From: Octopus sinensis
Taxonomy: Eukaryota
DNA length: 64,000 nucleotides
Direction of reading: 5' to 3'
Assembly: GCF_006345805.1 (NCBI RefSeq)
Contig: NW_021825821.1
Span: forward strand, 62,001-126,000
The notes beneath the pieces are model-generated. The model was not told where the DNA came from and made no database searches. It saw only the letters and a list, made by a program, of their open reading frames with translations. How positions within the stretch are numbered: the stretch's first letter is position 1; the number at the start of each line of letters is the position of its first letter. Shown one piece after another: positions 26,001 to 39,387 of the stretch. Made by a program: the position numbers and the translations under genes.

Positions 26001-26190
26001 CAATCCGAACTTTCCGGAGACGATCTCTGATGACCGATCTATTCATCGATCAAAATCTATAATACACTTACTTGCCCTCAGACAAAAAAACGGACGCCCC
26101 TCTGAAGAGCTTGATTGGTTTGAGCAATCGTCTCGTGTTCTCTCCCGTCTTAACGCCGTCCCTCCCCTCTTTTAGCATACAATACAAATT
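23060..26190 (+). mobile_element. Degenerate I/Jockey-group LINE (ORF1 partly deleted, APE + RT ORF2 frameshifted)
   Basis: ORF1 similar to 48623-49924 (LGKINRFN, SGSFRLKF..EDAGAFKTE, SVAEKASVLILKG, LLLEGSTPAT*); APE start IKIIDVSAQSI..DIFVVTE; RT KAPGRD, SSYRPISL. Confidence 0.8.
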
Positions 26191-26699
26191 GTTTGTTTTG
26201 AAATTCAAAGAATATTATCATTAAGTAATTATTTTTAATCAAATTATATTATTAAAGCATATACGTAGAATGAAAAGTTAATAGCTAATTAATTTATTAG
26301 TATATTATTGATCTTCAGGAAAATGGTTATTTTTAAAGTCATTAGCTTCTGTCTTAAAGAAAAAGTTTTAAAATTATAAATTCCATCGAAACTTTGTGTT
26401 TAACTGTTCTTGATCTAATGAATTGTACAAATATTTACTTAAAAGATGGAAAATATATAATTAATAATTTCATTAATCAAAAATCTATATTATAGAAATA
26501 TACCTGAATGATATAATCTTGATATTTGTGTCACATTTCGTTCACTAAACATTGAGTTCATTAAACAATAACTAATTTGATAAATATTCAACATCTAAGT
26601 TTTGGATCTGATTTTTTTGCAGAAATATATTTGAGTTCTCTTCAGTGATTAAATTATTTTTAAGATGAAAAATCCTTTTATTTTTCTAATAATGTCATT

Positions 26700-27077
26700 G
26701 GTTAACAAGTACTTTATTTTTTTCTGAAAGAAACAAATGACTTGATTTTAGAACACATTTAATGGATTTCCGTAAATATGGCCCTTTTGAATTTTGATGT
26801 TTAGAAGAAACAATGAATATATTCGACTGAAAGTTGCCTTTTTTGGATATAGTGATTCTATTGCATTTGATATAAGCACATCTAAAGGATAAGGTGGTTC
26901 CAAATCCTCTTCTGATGAAGGAGTGTCAATTAGAGGAGGAATATTTGAAGGAGTTTTCATGTTGATCAACCAATCAAGTGGCTTTAGAGAGTCATCTGAA
27001 TCATTCATATTTTGAGTTTGAGTAGGACTGTTATCGGAAATTTGAGTTTCGGGATTTTGCGATTGCAACAGTCTCAT
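26700..27077 (-). CDS. Divergent forkhead-domain gene (FoxJ/FoxN-like), exon structure unresolved
   Basis: DSLKPLDWL motif followed by EPPYPLDVLISNAIES..KKATFSRIYS, resembling forkhead helices 1-2. Confidence 0.45.
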
Positions 27078-27819
27078 AATTTTGTAGGAAATTTATCAAG
27101 AATTAATTATTTAAGTAAATCTGTGCGTCAAATAATTTAATTAGATCAAGAAACATACTTAGTAGATATTATTAAAGATCGCATTTTCGTATTTTTAGCA
27201 GATTTTCTTTTGTAGTCTTGAAATCAATGTGAGAGAATACTTACATTATTATTCTTTCATTTTATTAAGTGTACTATAAAGATGTCTTGACATAATCCAA
27301 TTTTGAGATGAGTGCGCACTTGATTTAATATTTATCTTAAAAGCACATATTTAAAAACCCTAATTCTTTTTGATTATGAAAAAGAGATCATTGAAAAAAT
27401 TAACAGAATGGATTGTTTTCCAATTGTAAATAATAAATAGTTAATTAAGAGTATGAATTCAAGGATTCTAAGAAGGGGACATTTTGAAGACTAAAACATC
27501 CTTTGGAAGAGAGTCAGAGAAATCTTAAAAACCAACTAGTTTTCCCAAAAATCGTTTCTGTTAATTAAAATATAATGTCAAATTTTGATAATATCTGAGC
27601 ACTCATCAATACTCAAGTTTCCAGTAAATAATGCAAAACTAAAACTATCACAGAATTACAGGCAACCCTCTATTGATTACCGCCAACTGGACCGATCAAA
27701 ATAGTGGCAAAAAAGGGAGGTTGTAAAGAAAAGAAGTAATCGATAATCGAATAATGTTTTTTTCTCTTTTTCCGTTCATTGTTTTTCTTTTCTCCTTTTC
27801 CCTTTCGAAGAAACCGTAC

Positions 27820-29340
27820 TGGGGCTGACAGATATCCAAGCCCAAGCGTAGACAGATACCGATACGGAGTTATTTGTCGTTCAGGAGCAATCCCGTACTT
27901 GGAATTAAGAGAGCTTTGAGCCAATCTCCGCGGTGTGGCTAGCAAGCACAGTTTAAAAAGCCCAGCGAAGTTGATCCATTTTAAAACGGATTGACTGTAA
28001 AATTTTCTTGCAGTTAATGTCATCTCAGCTCCTCTGGACTGAGGAATCTCTGTGAAACCGATGCCAACTGTGTTCCAATTACGGCAAGCAGAGGAGTATT
28101 CTGAGAGCTCATTAAATTCGAGAAAAAGATAAAAAAAACAAAGCAAACAAAATTCTTGGAAGTTGAAGTGGAAGATAGTAAAGCAAAGTTAGATCAGGAT
28201 GAGAGCGAATCCCGATCCCCCCGAATCTTGAGGAGAGACTGGCCCGGCCTAAACCTTCATCGACGAACCTTGAGTTTATGTGGTATATTAGGGATTCATC
28301 AATAAAATCATCAATTCTGGGTGAAGAATCACCAACAGTAAAAGACGGAAATGAACGAAAGATGTAAGTAAGTTTCTGAATAAAAAATTCCTCAAGAAGA
28401 AAAATGCCAAATGGGAAACAAGACCGTTAACAACCTAATTTCGCCCAACTTTCTCGAAAAGGCTTTAATTATGTTACGGTCAAAGATTGAAGATCCCAGG
28501 ATAACCAAATTATTGCTTGACGTGAGCCTTAGCTCTTCGATCAGGCCACGAATGATGGAGAATGCATGCAAAACAGTGCCTGAACAGAAATATATTTACG
28601 TGTTCACATTTGCTGGCGTTTAAGAAGAGTCCAATCTTCGAAGAACAAGAAATGATTGTAGAGACATCATTGGCAATCACATCAGGTCCTCCAATAATCA
28701 TGTTGTCCAGATACCAGAAATTTACTTTGGAAGATAAGTTACGAGCAATGTGGTCAACAGAGAGGGCAAACAGTAATGAGCCCATTTTGTCACCCTGGTG
28801 GATGCGACATCCAGACATGAAAATTTGGTCAGAATACAAAGAACAACTTGGCGAAGAGTAAGCCAATTTCACAATTGGGAGAAGCACTGGGAAACGTTCA
28901 TTGACCAAATTGACCTGACAAACTTTTTATAGAAATCTTTTTTGACATTTTTTTAATTAATCATTATTTTCAGACTAAAGCCTAACTCACTAAAGCCCAC
29001 CTGCGTCAACTCTTTTTTGGCTACGATGCTAGTCAAGATTTGCAGCAACCCGGGCTCCGCCAGAGCTCAAGCCAAAGAGTCAAAAAGGACGAAATACCTG
29101 TGTATTCCGGACGCTTTTGAGTTTCCCCTCTTTGGCTTCAAAGCTTCGGGACTTGTCGGCAAGGCTGCGACTCAACTCCTCACTGACATTGGTAGGAGAA
29201 TCTCCTTGAAAACAAACGACCGGAAAGAGAGACGAGCTGGCTCTTTCTGCGAATCTCGGTCGCCGTGCTTCGCGGAAACTGCCATTCAATACGCTTGCAA
29301 CGTCGTTGAGCTGACTCCTAGTCACTTAACTATTCTCTAA
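27820..29340. mobile_element. Degenerate CRE fragments: RT and pre-RLE on minus (27820-28910), RLE 3' end on plus (28990-29340)
   Basis: LAYSSPS..QGDKMGSLLFALSVDHIARNL..WYLD on minus; NPGSARAQAKESKRTKY..RISVAVLRGNCHSI on plus. Confidence 0.75.
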
Positions 29341-29544
29341 GCCACGGGATTAAACATTTGAAAAGTATATGAATTTCTTTTTTTCAAATTAATACTGTCA
29401 AGACATTCAGTATTTATTATGAATTTCTTTTTTATCAACTAGGTTATCTTGGGTTACTTGGAATATTTAAAGAAAAACTGTCATCGATTCTGTTTTTGCT
29501 CCTATCTTAATGCAATAATTCAAAATCAAAAATTACAAAAAATA

Positions 29545-31924
29545 TCAGCATATAAACAAATGTCGAGAATGTCTTCCAAGCATCTTGTGGATTTCTTGAT
29601 ATTTCTGAGCATACAAACTTCCATTTTCCTCATCATTGCGAGCATTGTACATCAAAGCCAATTGCAAATAAACTTCTTCTCGCAGCAAATCATCATCAAA
29701 AAAATTTACAAACAACCCCGCGTCAACAATATTGTCTTCACAACGAACTCGCAGCAAATTATAAATCAAAATATGACGACAATTTCCAACAACATGGACA
29801 AGGTGCCGTATCCTCTCCAAAACAGTCAGAGCCTTCGAACTGTCTTCCAAACAAATAAAGCAATAGGCGAGATTCAAAGCACACTCCACCTGGACTTCTG
29901 CCATGTTCAATTTCCTCCCAATCTCCTCCAGACGACTACAGTCCATCACCGCAAAGGAAATCGACTCACAACAAATATTTAATTTGCACACCAGTAGTTC
30001 AACTCTGTATTTCAACACAATCGAGGATATGTCCCCCTTCTTGGCTATATCCTCGATAAGGTCCCCACAAATCTTCTTGGCTTCTCTGTAAAATCCTCGG
30101 TACATAAGCAATTCCGCTTTTCTTAAACACCCTTCTTGGACATCCAATCCACGAATACACGACACAGTCCTTTCGGCATTGATAAAGTCAAATTTTCGCA
30201 CAAAACGAATAAATTTGTGACTCAAATCATATATAAAATGAACATCCTTTTTGTAATTTTCATCACTCCTACAACACAGCTTAAAAAGTGTTTCTTCTGA
30301 AGTTCCACAGCTTTTGTGATTTTCGAATAAGAAACGGGAAATTATAGCAAAAGCGCGGTTTTCACAATCTGCAAAGTGTTTTACCGAATACGTCGGAGAG
30401 ACTTTAATGCTCCTTTCCGATACCAAGACTCCAGTCGCAGTAAAAAAAGACAAATGCCTACCAAAGTGACCCAGTACACGTCACCGATATCCAAGGAGAT
30501 CCACTGTGGCTGCAAATTGGACAAAAACAGTAGCAAGGTCCCCTACGTTGATGGCAGTCCACAGTGCCTGGAACAGAATGCCAAATATTCTACTATAAAA
30601 ATATAATTTTACTCAGAAGGCGAGTATTTCTGTTGAAATAACATTTTCTGGGCAATGGAGAGGTAAGCCATAGAACGAAGATTCTAGATTAGTGAGAAGC
30701 AGTACTGTGGAGACTGTCAGTGCCATGTCTCCCTCCTCTGAGTCGATCACGGTCAATTCTGAAGAAAACTCGAGCTGAGGACACGTGGAAAGCTTGGATA
30801 TCCAGGCCTATATAAACAAGAGGATGCCAACCAAGACAAATAGCACCGACGACTCGTCTTGTGAGTTATGAGCCATTTCCAAGGCGGAATCAATATGAGG
30901 TTTAATATTTTCAACACTGGCAATTATTTATATTATGGAATAAAATAAATTTTATAATAATAGTTGATTTAATTTTTGTATTAATTTATTTAAATACTTG
31001 AAACGATGGCAGTGTGCAAGGTAGTTTAGTGGGGCGTATTTAAACTCAGGGTCAGAACAAGCTTTTTTCACATATAAATAGGGACACTGTGGTTGAGGGT
31101 ACTGAGGGGAAGTCTCCATCAGTATTTCCAGTGAAGAAGTAAAGTCCAGTCTACGCAAATGTACCAGAAATCCCATCCATTTCTGCAATGAGAGATATGG
31201 TTTACAAGAAATGGCCCTTCTATGCCTTCTGACGTATAAAACTGAATTGCCTCCAGAAGTTTTTCATTAGAGAGAACGTTTTTATCGCAAACTTTCATCA
31301 ACCTTATCTAAAAGATAGTTTATTTAAATTAATAAATATTTATTAATAATAAAATACCTGTTCTTTTACAAATTGACTGCAATTTGGGTACAAGGATGGA
31401 CACAGGTCTGCAACTGGATGATATCGGTCGGCACAAAAAACTAAAAAATTGGTTTTAAATTGCTCCATGTCGCCATGGGCTGAGACCTTTTTCGATATCC
31501 AAACAGCAATATCGCCTACAAATAGAACATGTACCGCATACGTAATGGACAGCCCATTCTATGATTCTCATCTGACTCGTAACGGGACTTGGGAAAAGCC
31601 TCTACCTCGGGGACGTCATTAGATAACAAAATTATAATAAAATCAGTAAATAAATCAAGGATTTCTTTTCGTGTGTTTTTATAGATCATTGTCATGCAGC
31701 TTTGTACTGTTGGTAAAGGATTCTATGCCTCTTTGTGTTAGGATTACTTGAAATAGCAAAAATATGGTTCTAAGGAGATGTGCAGCGTCCAAGTAGGCTT
31801 TGGCCGTGAATTTTTGTCGGTTTTGAGTCAATTTTGTGTAAAAATTTAATAGATAAGCGCAGATAATTGCCCATTCGTTGTTATCTTTCGACTCAATGGA
31901 GAAACCGTTTCCCACATACGACAT
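29545..31924 (-). CDS. ANAPC5: Anaphase-promoting complex subunit 5, multi-exon
   Basis: FLVHLRRLDFTSSLEILM, FKYAPLNYLAHCHRF and SALEMAHNSQDESSVLFVL correspond to the APC5 core (YL..LR..D..S; RYAALNLA.LH.RFG; EAI..AQE..D); TPR-like C-terminal exon 29545-30453. Confidence 0.7.
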
Positions 31925-32156
31925 ACTTATATTGTATAATATTTATTTGTTTTATTTAATTATAAAAATAATTAAACTATAATTAATATGAAGGATTAAT
32001 TTTCTTTTAAAAGAAGAGCAAACGTGAATATGATGTGTCATAGTCAAGAATTATTTGAAAACAAAGATTAACAAAATAAACATTAATATATTTTATTAAT
32101 TTTATTATTATAATTTTTAGATAAATTTAAATAAAAAAATAGTATTTTTCTCATCA

Positions 32157-33426
32157 ATGTCTGACGGTACCTTTGATGATAATTTCCCATTTGACATTGA
32201 TGAACTCCTTCTACAAGTAATTTAAACGTGATTATTCATAGCTACAAGCACATAAGCTTGAACTGCAAAATCACGTTGACTGGATTCGTTCTCACGTAAA
32301 ACAATTCGATATTCAATCGCAAGAAACCAATAAAGTAATAATATTAAATCATCAAAGTCTATAAACAATTGGAAAGATAAAATAAACACAAAAATCGAGA
32401 ATTCTACGACTGTTTTACTCACTGAAGCAAAGAACGTATACTCACATGCAATCTCCCGTATTTCTGAACCAATGGAGTCCATAGTCCTCTAGACTTGTTA
32501 GTAGCCTAGACCCGCCAACTGGACCTTCTGAACATGACCATCCAGCAGGTCAGGTCACTCAGAATCAATAAGGACTCTTCCTCGACTGTCCTTAAAATGA
32601 TCAAGGCAGTCGAGTCCAACGAGATCAATGGCCTCAATGTCGAATCTGACCTCCCCGTTATTACATTTCAAGTTTGGGTATTGCATTGCATTTCCCAGCC
32701 AAACGTGGACATTTTGGGGACCACTTTTGGGGAGATTAGAATTAACTCCGGGGAACCGATGGAATACTCAGAACCAGTGTCTCGACAAGTCGAAAGTGAG
32801 TTGGACGTTCAGCTTATTTGCGTGATTTGTAAAAATCGGGACATTTCTCTGCTTCAGTGCAACAAATGTCAACGATTTTTTCACAGAACTTGTCACTCTA
32901 TTCCTGTCCCACCATTTGACCTGTAAACATCCATATTTTATTGGCTAAGGACGTGGACGTGCGTATTGTGTATGTCGATTCAGGATCCTCCTGGAAAGCA
33001 AGATAAGTTGAGTCCGAAGGTCGTCTGTGGGGGAATTCTGGTCAGATTTATGCTGGCTCTTGGAGAATTCGAAATAGACAGCAATGTAAGCTTGTGGCTC
33101 AGCATGTAGCTCCATTCAAATTTGGTCCAATTTGTGGCGTCTGTCCGTTCGAGGATTGAGAGTAATGACACTTTTGATTTACCTGTCATTCTAAGGGAGC
33201 TTGTATCCAGAATTAGCACGTTTCATTCAGTACTACGTTCTTCTGTATTTTTAAGGTTTCAGATGACGAAAAAAACGTTGCCTACAAGGTGCTTCTATAT
33301 GTTGTCATGCTTTATCTGTGATTTGTTTTCTATTTCAATTTTGTACCAATGCTTGGTTTCATCAGGCTAGGGATCGACCACTTTTATCAACCGAAAAGAG
33401 CAGGAAATTTTCATTATATACCATAG
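32157..33426 (+). CDS. Coiled-coil + PHD finger + probable degenerate bromodomain protein (TIF1/TRIM24/33-like C-terminus); end approximate
   Basis: CVICKN..LLQCNKCQRFFHRTCH..|..WTCVLC; DLPVILREL resembles bromodomain DL..I...L. Confidence 0.55.
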
Positions 33427-33474
33427 GTATTTTAAAAAATTTAAATAATTTTAATAAAATCATTAAATAAATTA

Positions 33475-35938
33475 TTAAATCCATTTAATGGATTTTCTAT
33501 CAGATCTTAATGCAATAAACTTGTCAATGAGATCATCAGACACTTTCCCCTAACACATGTAAACAGTAAAATACTGAGAGTGTCCTCGATAGCATATCGT
33601 GAAGGTTTTCTGAAGGAAGAACAAACGCGTTACACAGGGACATCAAATTGAGGAACAAAAAGTCCGATTTAGGAGAAATGCCATCGACAGGTCTCCAGTA
33701 ATCAGTGATGCAGGCAATCATCATCATCCCTCCAGCTGACGAATAATGCTGGCTTTGGTGTGTAATACTCTCATAGATCACCCCCAAATAACGAGATAGA
33801 AAATCCTGCAAAATTTGCTTTTTTGCGAGTTCTTGAATGTATTGATCAATCAGGGTGATGACGTCACGAACATATCCTACGATTTTTGAAGAACCCTTAT
33901 TTCACATAAATAAACAAACATACTCCCGCAGATACATCACATAGGTGTTCGGACCCAAAATCAATTTGTCGCAGCTCAGCTTTGAGCAAATGGCGAATGT
34001 GGGATACACAGGCAGTAAGGACCCGGTCGATCCCAGACTCCAATTTCTCAAAAAGTCCTCGAACAGCCTCGTTTTTTGTTTCAAAAAACTCAGTTTTTTG
34101 ACGAACGGATCTGTTAATATAATAATATGGAATTCTAACAAATTGTGACTGATATGTTTGGATATAACGTCATCGAAAAGTTTTATCAGCTTGTTCGAAG
34201 TGAAATAAACTTCCAGAAACTGCATGGAATATGCATATTTGACGTCCCCCACAGGAATGACTTTCCAAATGAGTAAAAAGTGTACAATTCCTTCCCAAGT
34301 CGAGTCCATAGTCCACATAATCAACCACAGACCGCACAAACAGCCGACAGATCGTCATAATTTGGAATAGTGAACTCATTTCTCCCGCCAATTCGCTCAA
34401 CTAGAGAGGATTATGGATTTATTAGCAGTACTGAGGCGCATCGGGTGATAGCCTTTATGTACTCCTCCACTACAGGCTTGAAGTGCTCGTAGGAGACCAA
34501 ATTCACAGCCTTTGTCGAGTCTCCACCAACAACTCGGGACAATACTTTCCCCAAATTTCTATTCTTAGTAATTTTTGCTTACGATATTCCAGACTTTTTG
34601 ACATGACCAAACGACTCATACAGACTGCTTACTGAACTGTTAGTAAACTCCTGCAAATGACTCACCTCAACACTACAAATTCGCAACAAACAAATTAAGA
34701 CCTCATATAATCGGCCAAACTCTGGGAAAACAGTTGATTTGTGCTGGAATACATCAGCTGAGAGTTACAGTTGTGATTCATACAAGTCAGTTCATTACAC
34801 AAGTTCAGCACACTGGAATGATACAAGGAGACACCCTTTATAGAAAAGATATAAATTGTCTAGCCACACAGCTTTTTCTAATTGAGGGGACAATTTCTGA
34901 TCTAGAAAATTCTAGAATATTCCAGAAATAAAGACCTTTATATAAACGGAAAATAAATTGGTCAAAAAGCGGTTGAAAAATTCTGACTTTGATGGGGCCA
35001 CTTGTTCAATTATGGGGAAGACAGAAAGGCACATTTTATTAACATCACTGAGAGAATCTATTCGTGCCAAATATTTCTAATAATTATTAATATATATTAG
35101 ACCTGTTGAGTTATGGCGGAGAACTTTAATATACATTTGTTATAAGCATCCTGTGCTGTAAAATAAATAAAAATACATCAAATGGCATCAACAACGTCAA
35201 TACTTCTTTCATATCTTTATTTCCACTCGTCATTGATTCATTAAACATGGACGAGAGCATTTCTTCCACCATTGAATACCGCTCTATTTTGAATAACTAC
35301 ATCTCCTACCACATATATGAGTGTGTAGCTTCTGGAATCTAAAAAAAGTAGCAAAAAACGAGTAATAACTGTAAATCAGTAGCCAAACGACTGGAAAGTT
35401 TATAAAACATGCATATCAGTTCACAATTCTCTCTGAACTAAAAAATTAAAGACCGCGCCAAACCGACGAGTCGTCTTTGAAATGGTCAGCTTCAACCGAA
35501 GAAAACTCAAAAAAGTATTTTATGGTCTTGTAGGCGGATGCAAGGCGGGTTTTAAGGACGTTCAAATGCTCCAATTGCCCTCCAAAATCGGTCAAATTTT
35601 GTGAGATTTGTACTGTTTTTGAAAACAGTTTTTCTGTTTCTGAAGAGAGTTTCTAGAATGTTCGATTGACTATGACTTGGTGGCGTGACATGAGCTGGTT
35701 TAACTTGTGACGAAGGTTGTACTCTTCTGCTATTGCCAGGGAGTTCAGCTCTCGTTCTTTGGTTTCAAGTAAGGTTTTTTCAGAATCCAGTTCCTAAGTA
35801 TATTTTTGTTTTTGTTACTTTTATGTGGTTTTTAATTTGGTTGATTATTTTTTGCGGGTTGAAATTCTGGAAATCTGTTTTAATCCCTGAGTTTGAATTG
35901 AATATAATATTCTCCACAATGGCAACATTAGAGTCCAT
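33475..35938 (-). CDS. EXOC5: Exocyst complex component 5 (Sec10), multi-exon
   Basis: FNPQKIINQIKNHI, FGGQLEHLN..AYKTIKYF, AITRC..LS..YVDYGLDLG, YSSAGGMMMIACITDY, LMSLCNAFVLPSENL, FIALRSD. Confidence 0.85.
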
Positions 35939-36129
35939 TAATAATTTATATATTTAATTTAAAATTATAAATATCATAACTATTAAATAATTTAATTATA
36001 CAAAGTACTTCGACCTTCTGGGAAAACTAGGTATCATCATCTGTTGACGTAATCTCAAATGCATGCCGATGGATTCACGATTTTATAAAGGCACGCTTCT
36101 TCGAGTGAGCATAAAGCTGTTATCTCTCG

Positions 36130-36870
36130 ATTTAAATTTCATTTAAGCCGACAAATTTGTTTCGAAATTGAATTCCAAATATCCACCTGATGATTGTTAG
36201 ATATTAATCTCAAACGGAATCAAAAACGGTCGTGGCTAAAGTATCTTCAAAGAAAACCAAAAACGGTTTGTTTATTTGACAAAAAATTGACATTCAATAA
36301 AAAACACAGAAAAATCTTAGACTTTGTATAGAGGATACAAAGCAGATTATACCAATAGAACTAGCAATTAATTAAGTTAATATTATTTAATTGATGTTAA
36401 TTTGACCGTTGTCCGCTGTAGGTTAATCTCCTCTTTTTAGAGGAAGAAGTAACTAACACCACTCTTTGATCTTCTGTCTTCAAGTTAGTTACGACTCTTT
36501 TTCCCTCATTCTCATATTATCTTCATAAGAATGACTTGCTTCAATTAAGAGGCTACTGGCTGAATTTATCTCCGCATCAGTGATTCTGATCCCATGCCTC
36601 TGATCAACAATCAAGATACAAAGCATACAGATATAAAAATAAAATATAAGAGAAACTTCACTCTACTGGATTTAAAGAGAAGAGTACGCCATCAAAGAAC
36701 ACTTGAATGATACGCTGATGAAGTTGAACAGTTCAACTATGGCCCAAAAATGTTCCGTGCGATTCAATTGGTAAACAGAACAGACAGGTCCAAAGAATTA
36801 ATTCTACACAATGGCTCATACATCCGGCTTGACAGACGGACTTTACAAATGGCGGCGGCCTTCTAACCCT
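36130..36870 (+). mobile_element. RTE-like LINE fragments (APE-RT linker)
   Basis: KLNSKYPPDD and RRVRHQRTLE*YADEVEQFNYGPKMFRAI..KELILH, homologous to 63385-63999. Confidence 0.6.
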
Positions 36871-36909
36871 TATCAGAAAATCAATCCTTTTTCACTAACT
36901 GTACATCAT

Positions 36910-37690
36910 AAGTAGGGCAAATTGTTTATAGCACTTAAAAAAATTTTTTAGCGCTAGAAAATCACAAAATCTAGCATTTATAATTAAAAAAATTGGCACT
37001 TAAAATGATCAAATTTAGCATTTAAAATTGTAAAATCTATAACTTAAAATAATAAAAATTTATTTATTTATTTAAAAACCAAGAGCACCGTCAGCCCAGA
37101 AAACAAGATTAATTAGGTGATCCCGACATCCCCAATCAGACTACGCATCCTCTCTCTGTGTTCGATATGATCCCCAGGCGCCAAAATAATAAAAATAACA
37201 TTTAAATTTTATTTATTGTAATATAATAAGAAGTAATGCTTGATATTGTCTGGATAGAAGTTTCTATTTTTTTTAAAAATATTTTTCAGCATTTTAATAG
37301 CTTTTTCAACGAATGCAGAGGATGCCTGACAGCGTGAAAGTAAAAAATAATCTTGTTGGCTAATTTTCGGTTCAGTCATCTCAATAATAGGTTTAAATCC
37401 GTTTTCCTCCATTCTTTTATTCATATAATTTTTAATATTTGCCTTATCACCATAAAAATGTAGTCCTTCTATGTCATAATATGCCCGATTGATTGAATAG
37501 TCGCAACATTCCAAAACTTTGAGAATATCTATTATTTGTGAATAATTGCATATGATCTCTGTTAATTTCAACTTAATATCGGGATTATTTACATGATGTT
37601 TAGCATTTGATACTAAAACTCCATCTGACTGATATGCGTTAACAATTTCACAAATTAGAATCACTACAAAACTTTTCCTTCGGATATCTG
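36910..37690 (-). mobile_element. hAT-related (CGGBP-type) transposase 3' remnant
   Basis: CQASSAFVEKAIKMLKNIFKKNRNFYPDNIKHY, same family as 1230-1436; repetitive subterminal end. Confidence 0.65.
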
Positions 37691-37701
37691 TTTCATCAAT
37701 A

Positions 37702-39387
37702 CAGTCCGACCTCTAATTGGGACGCACCTCCAGGGGTGGGGCACCTCTTTTTTGGGGAAAACTCTGTTTTGGGGCATTATAAATTTTTGTTAACCAAATT
37801 ATAAAAAATCAATTAATTTTAACATCTCTATTTGGGGCATTGATTTTTTATTAAATAAAATTAATTATATCAATTTAAAAAATAAATATTTTAAGACACG
37901 TTTCATTTCAAATTTCTTGTGTAATGCCTTTGAATTATGAAACCAAGTTGAAGATTGCTGATCATCTTTTAAAGAAAGAAAATTTTGAGAGGAGATTATC
38001 CATAATGTACAATACTAGCAAGGGAACTATTTTTCGTATAAAAAAGAATATTCTTCCATTTATCAAAAAAGGATTTCTTTCCTCATCATTAAGTGAAAAT
38101 AAACACGGATTTGATGAAAAAGTCCTTGATATTTTTCAGCGTCTAAGGGATCAGAATGTTCCAGTTTCTGGAACTCTTTTAAAAAAAATTTTCCTAACTG
38201 TTTCTTCGAGAATGGGCTTAAACAAGTTTAAAGCTTCAAATGGATGGTTAGAAAAATTCAAGCAGAGGCATGAATTAAAATTCCGAACATTGTCAGGCGA
38301 ATCCGCATCTGCTGATCATGCGATAATTTTGAATTTTTTATCAGAATTAAATATCAAAGTTGAACAATATGGAAAGGAGAACATTTTTAATTGTGACGAA
38401 ACTTCTCTTTTTATCAAACTTACCCCACGTAAATCATTCGTGAAAACTGGTGATTCGGCACGGGGCTTTAAAAGGAGTAAAGATAAAGTTACTCTTCATC
38501 TATGCTGTAGTTACACTGGAGAAAAATTTGAACCATTAATAATCGGAAAATATAGAAATCCTAGATGTTTCAAAAAATTTTCTCCCGAAATTTATGGAAT
38601 TTTATACTCTTCGTCGAAAAATGCGGGGATGACAAGAGACATTTTTATATCCTGGCTCAAAAAAATTAATGAAAAAATGATTATTCAAAAAAGAAAAATC
38701 TTAATGTTATTAGATAACGCTGCTTGCCACAAAATATCGACATTTAGCAACGTTGATTTTTTATTTTTACCAAAAAATACGACACCAATACTTCAACCAT
38801 TGGATGCTGGAATCATTAAAAATTTCAAGGATAATTATTTGAATTGTCTAATTGATTTTTTATGTTTTCAAGACGACCAGGATTTGTTTATAGAGTCTTT
38901 ATCCAAATTAAATTTGCGGCAAGTGGTAACAATAATCTCAGATGCTTGGAATAATGTATCTGCGGATATTATTTATAACTGCTGGCAAAAGGTTTTTCGA
39001 CAATCTCCATCAGACTCGAGTTGCATAAATGAATCATCTGAAGAAATATTTAATAATGTTATTGATGAATGTTTTGATGAAATAGAAGATAATGATCCAA
39101 ATATCTATGAGAATATAAGCTGCGAACCATCAATATCACAAATTTTAAGTTTGATGGAAAACTTAGAGACAAATCTTTGATTTGATTCCAGATTCTCTTC
39201 ATGATTTTTATGAATTCAGAAAGAAAGTGTCGTTAGGAATTAAAAATAAATATAAATATGGAGAAAAATTAACTGATTATTAAAAAATAATGTTCTTTTT
39301 CTTTATTTATTGAGCTTTTTGAAAAACCTCTTTTTTGGGGAAACCTCTGATTTGAGGCACTTAGTGCCCCATTTAGAGGTCGGACTG
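37702..39387 (+). mobile_element. pogo/Tigger DNA transposon with open 418-aa CENP-B/DDD transposase
   Basis: TIRs cagtccgacctctaa / ttagaggtcggactg, TA TSD; ASNGWLEKFKQRH, FNCDETSLF, LLDNAACH, LQPLDAGII. Confidence 0.9.

Noticed and set aside
35101-35180. TG..AATAAA..CA stretch resembling a tiny solo LTR
   Set aside because: It is the reverse strand of an EXOC5 exon/intron segment
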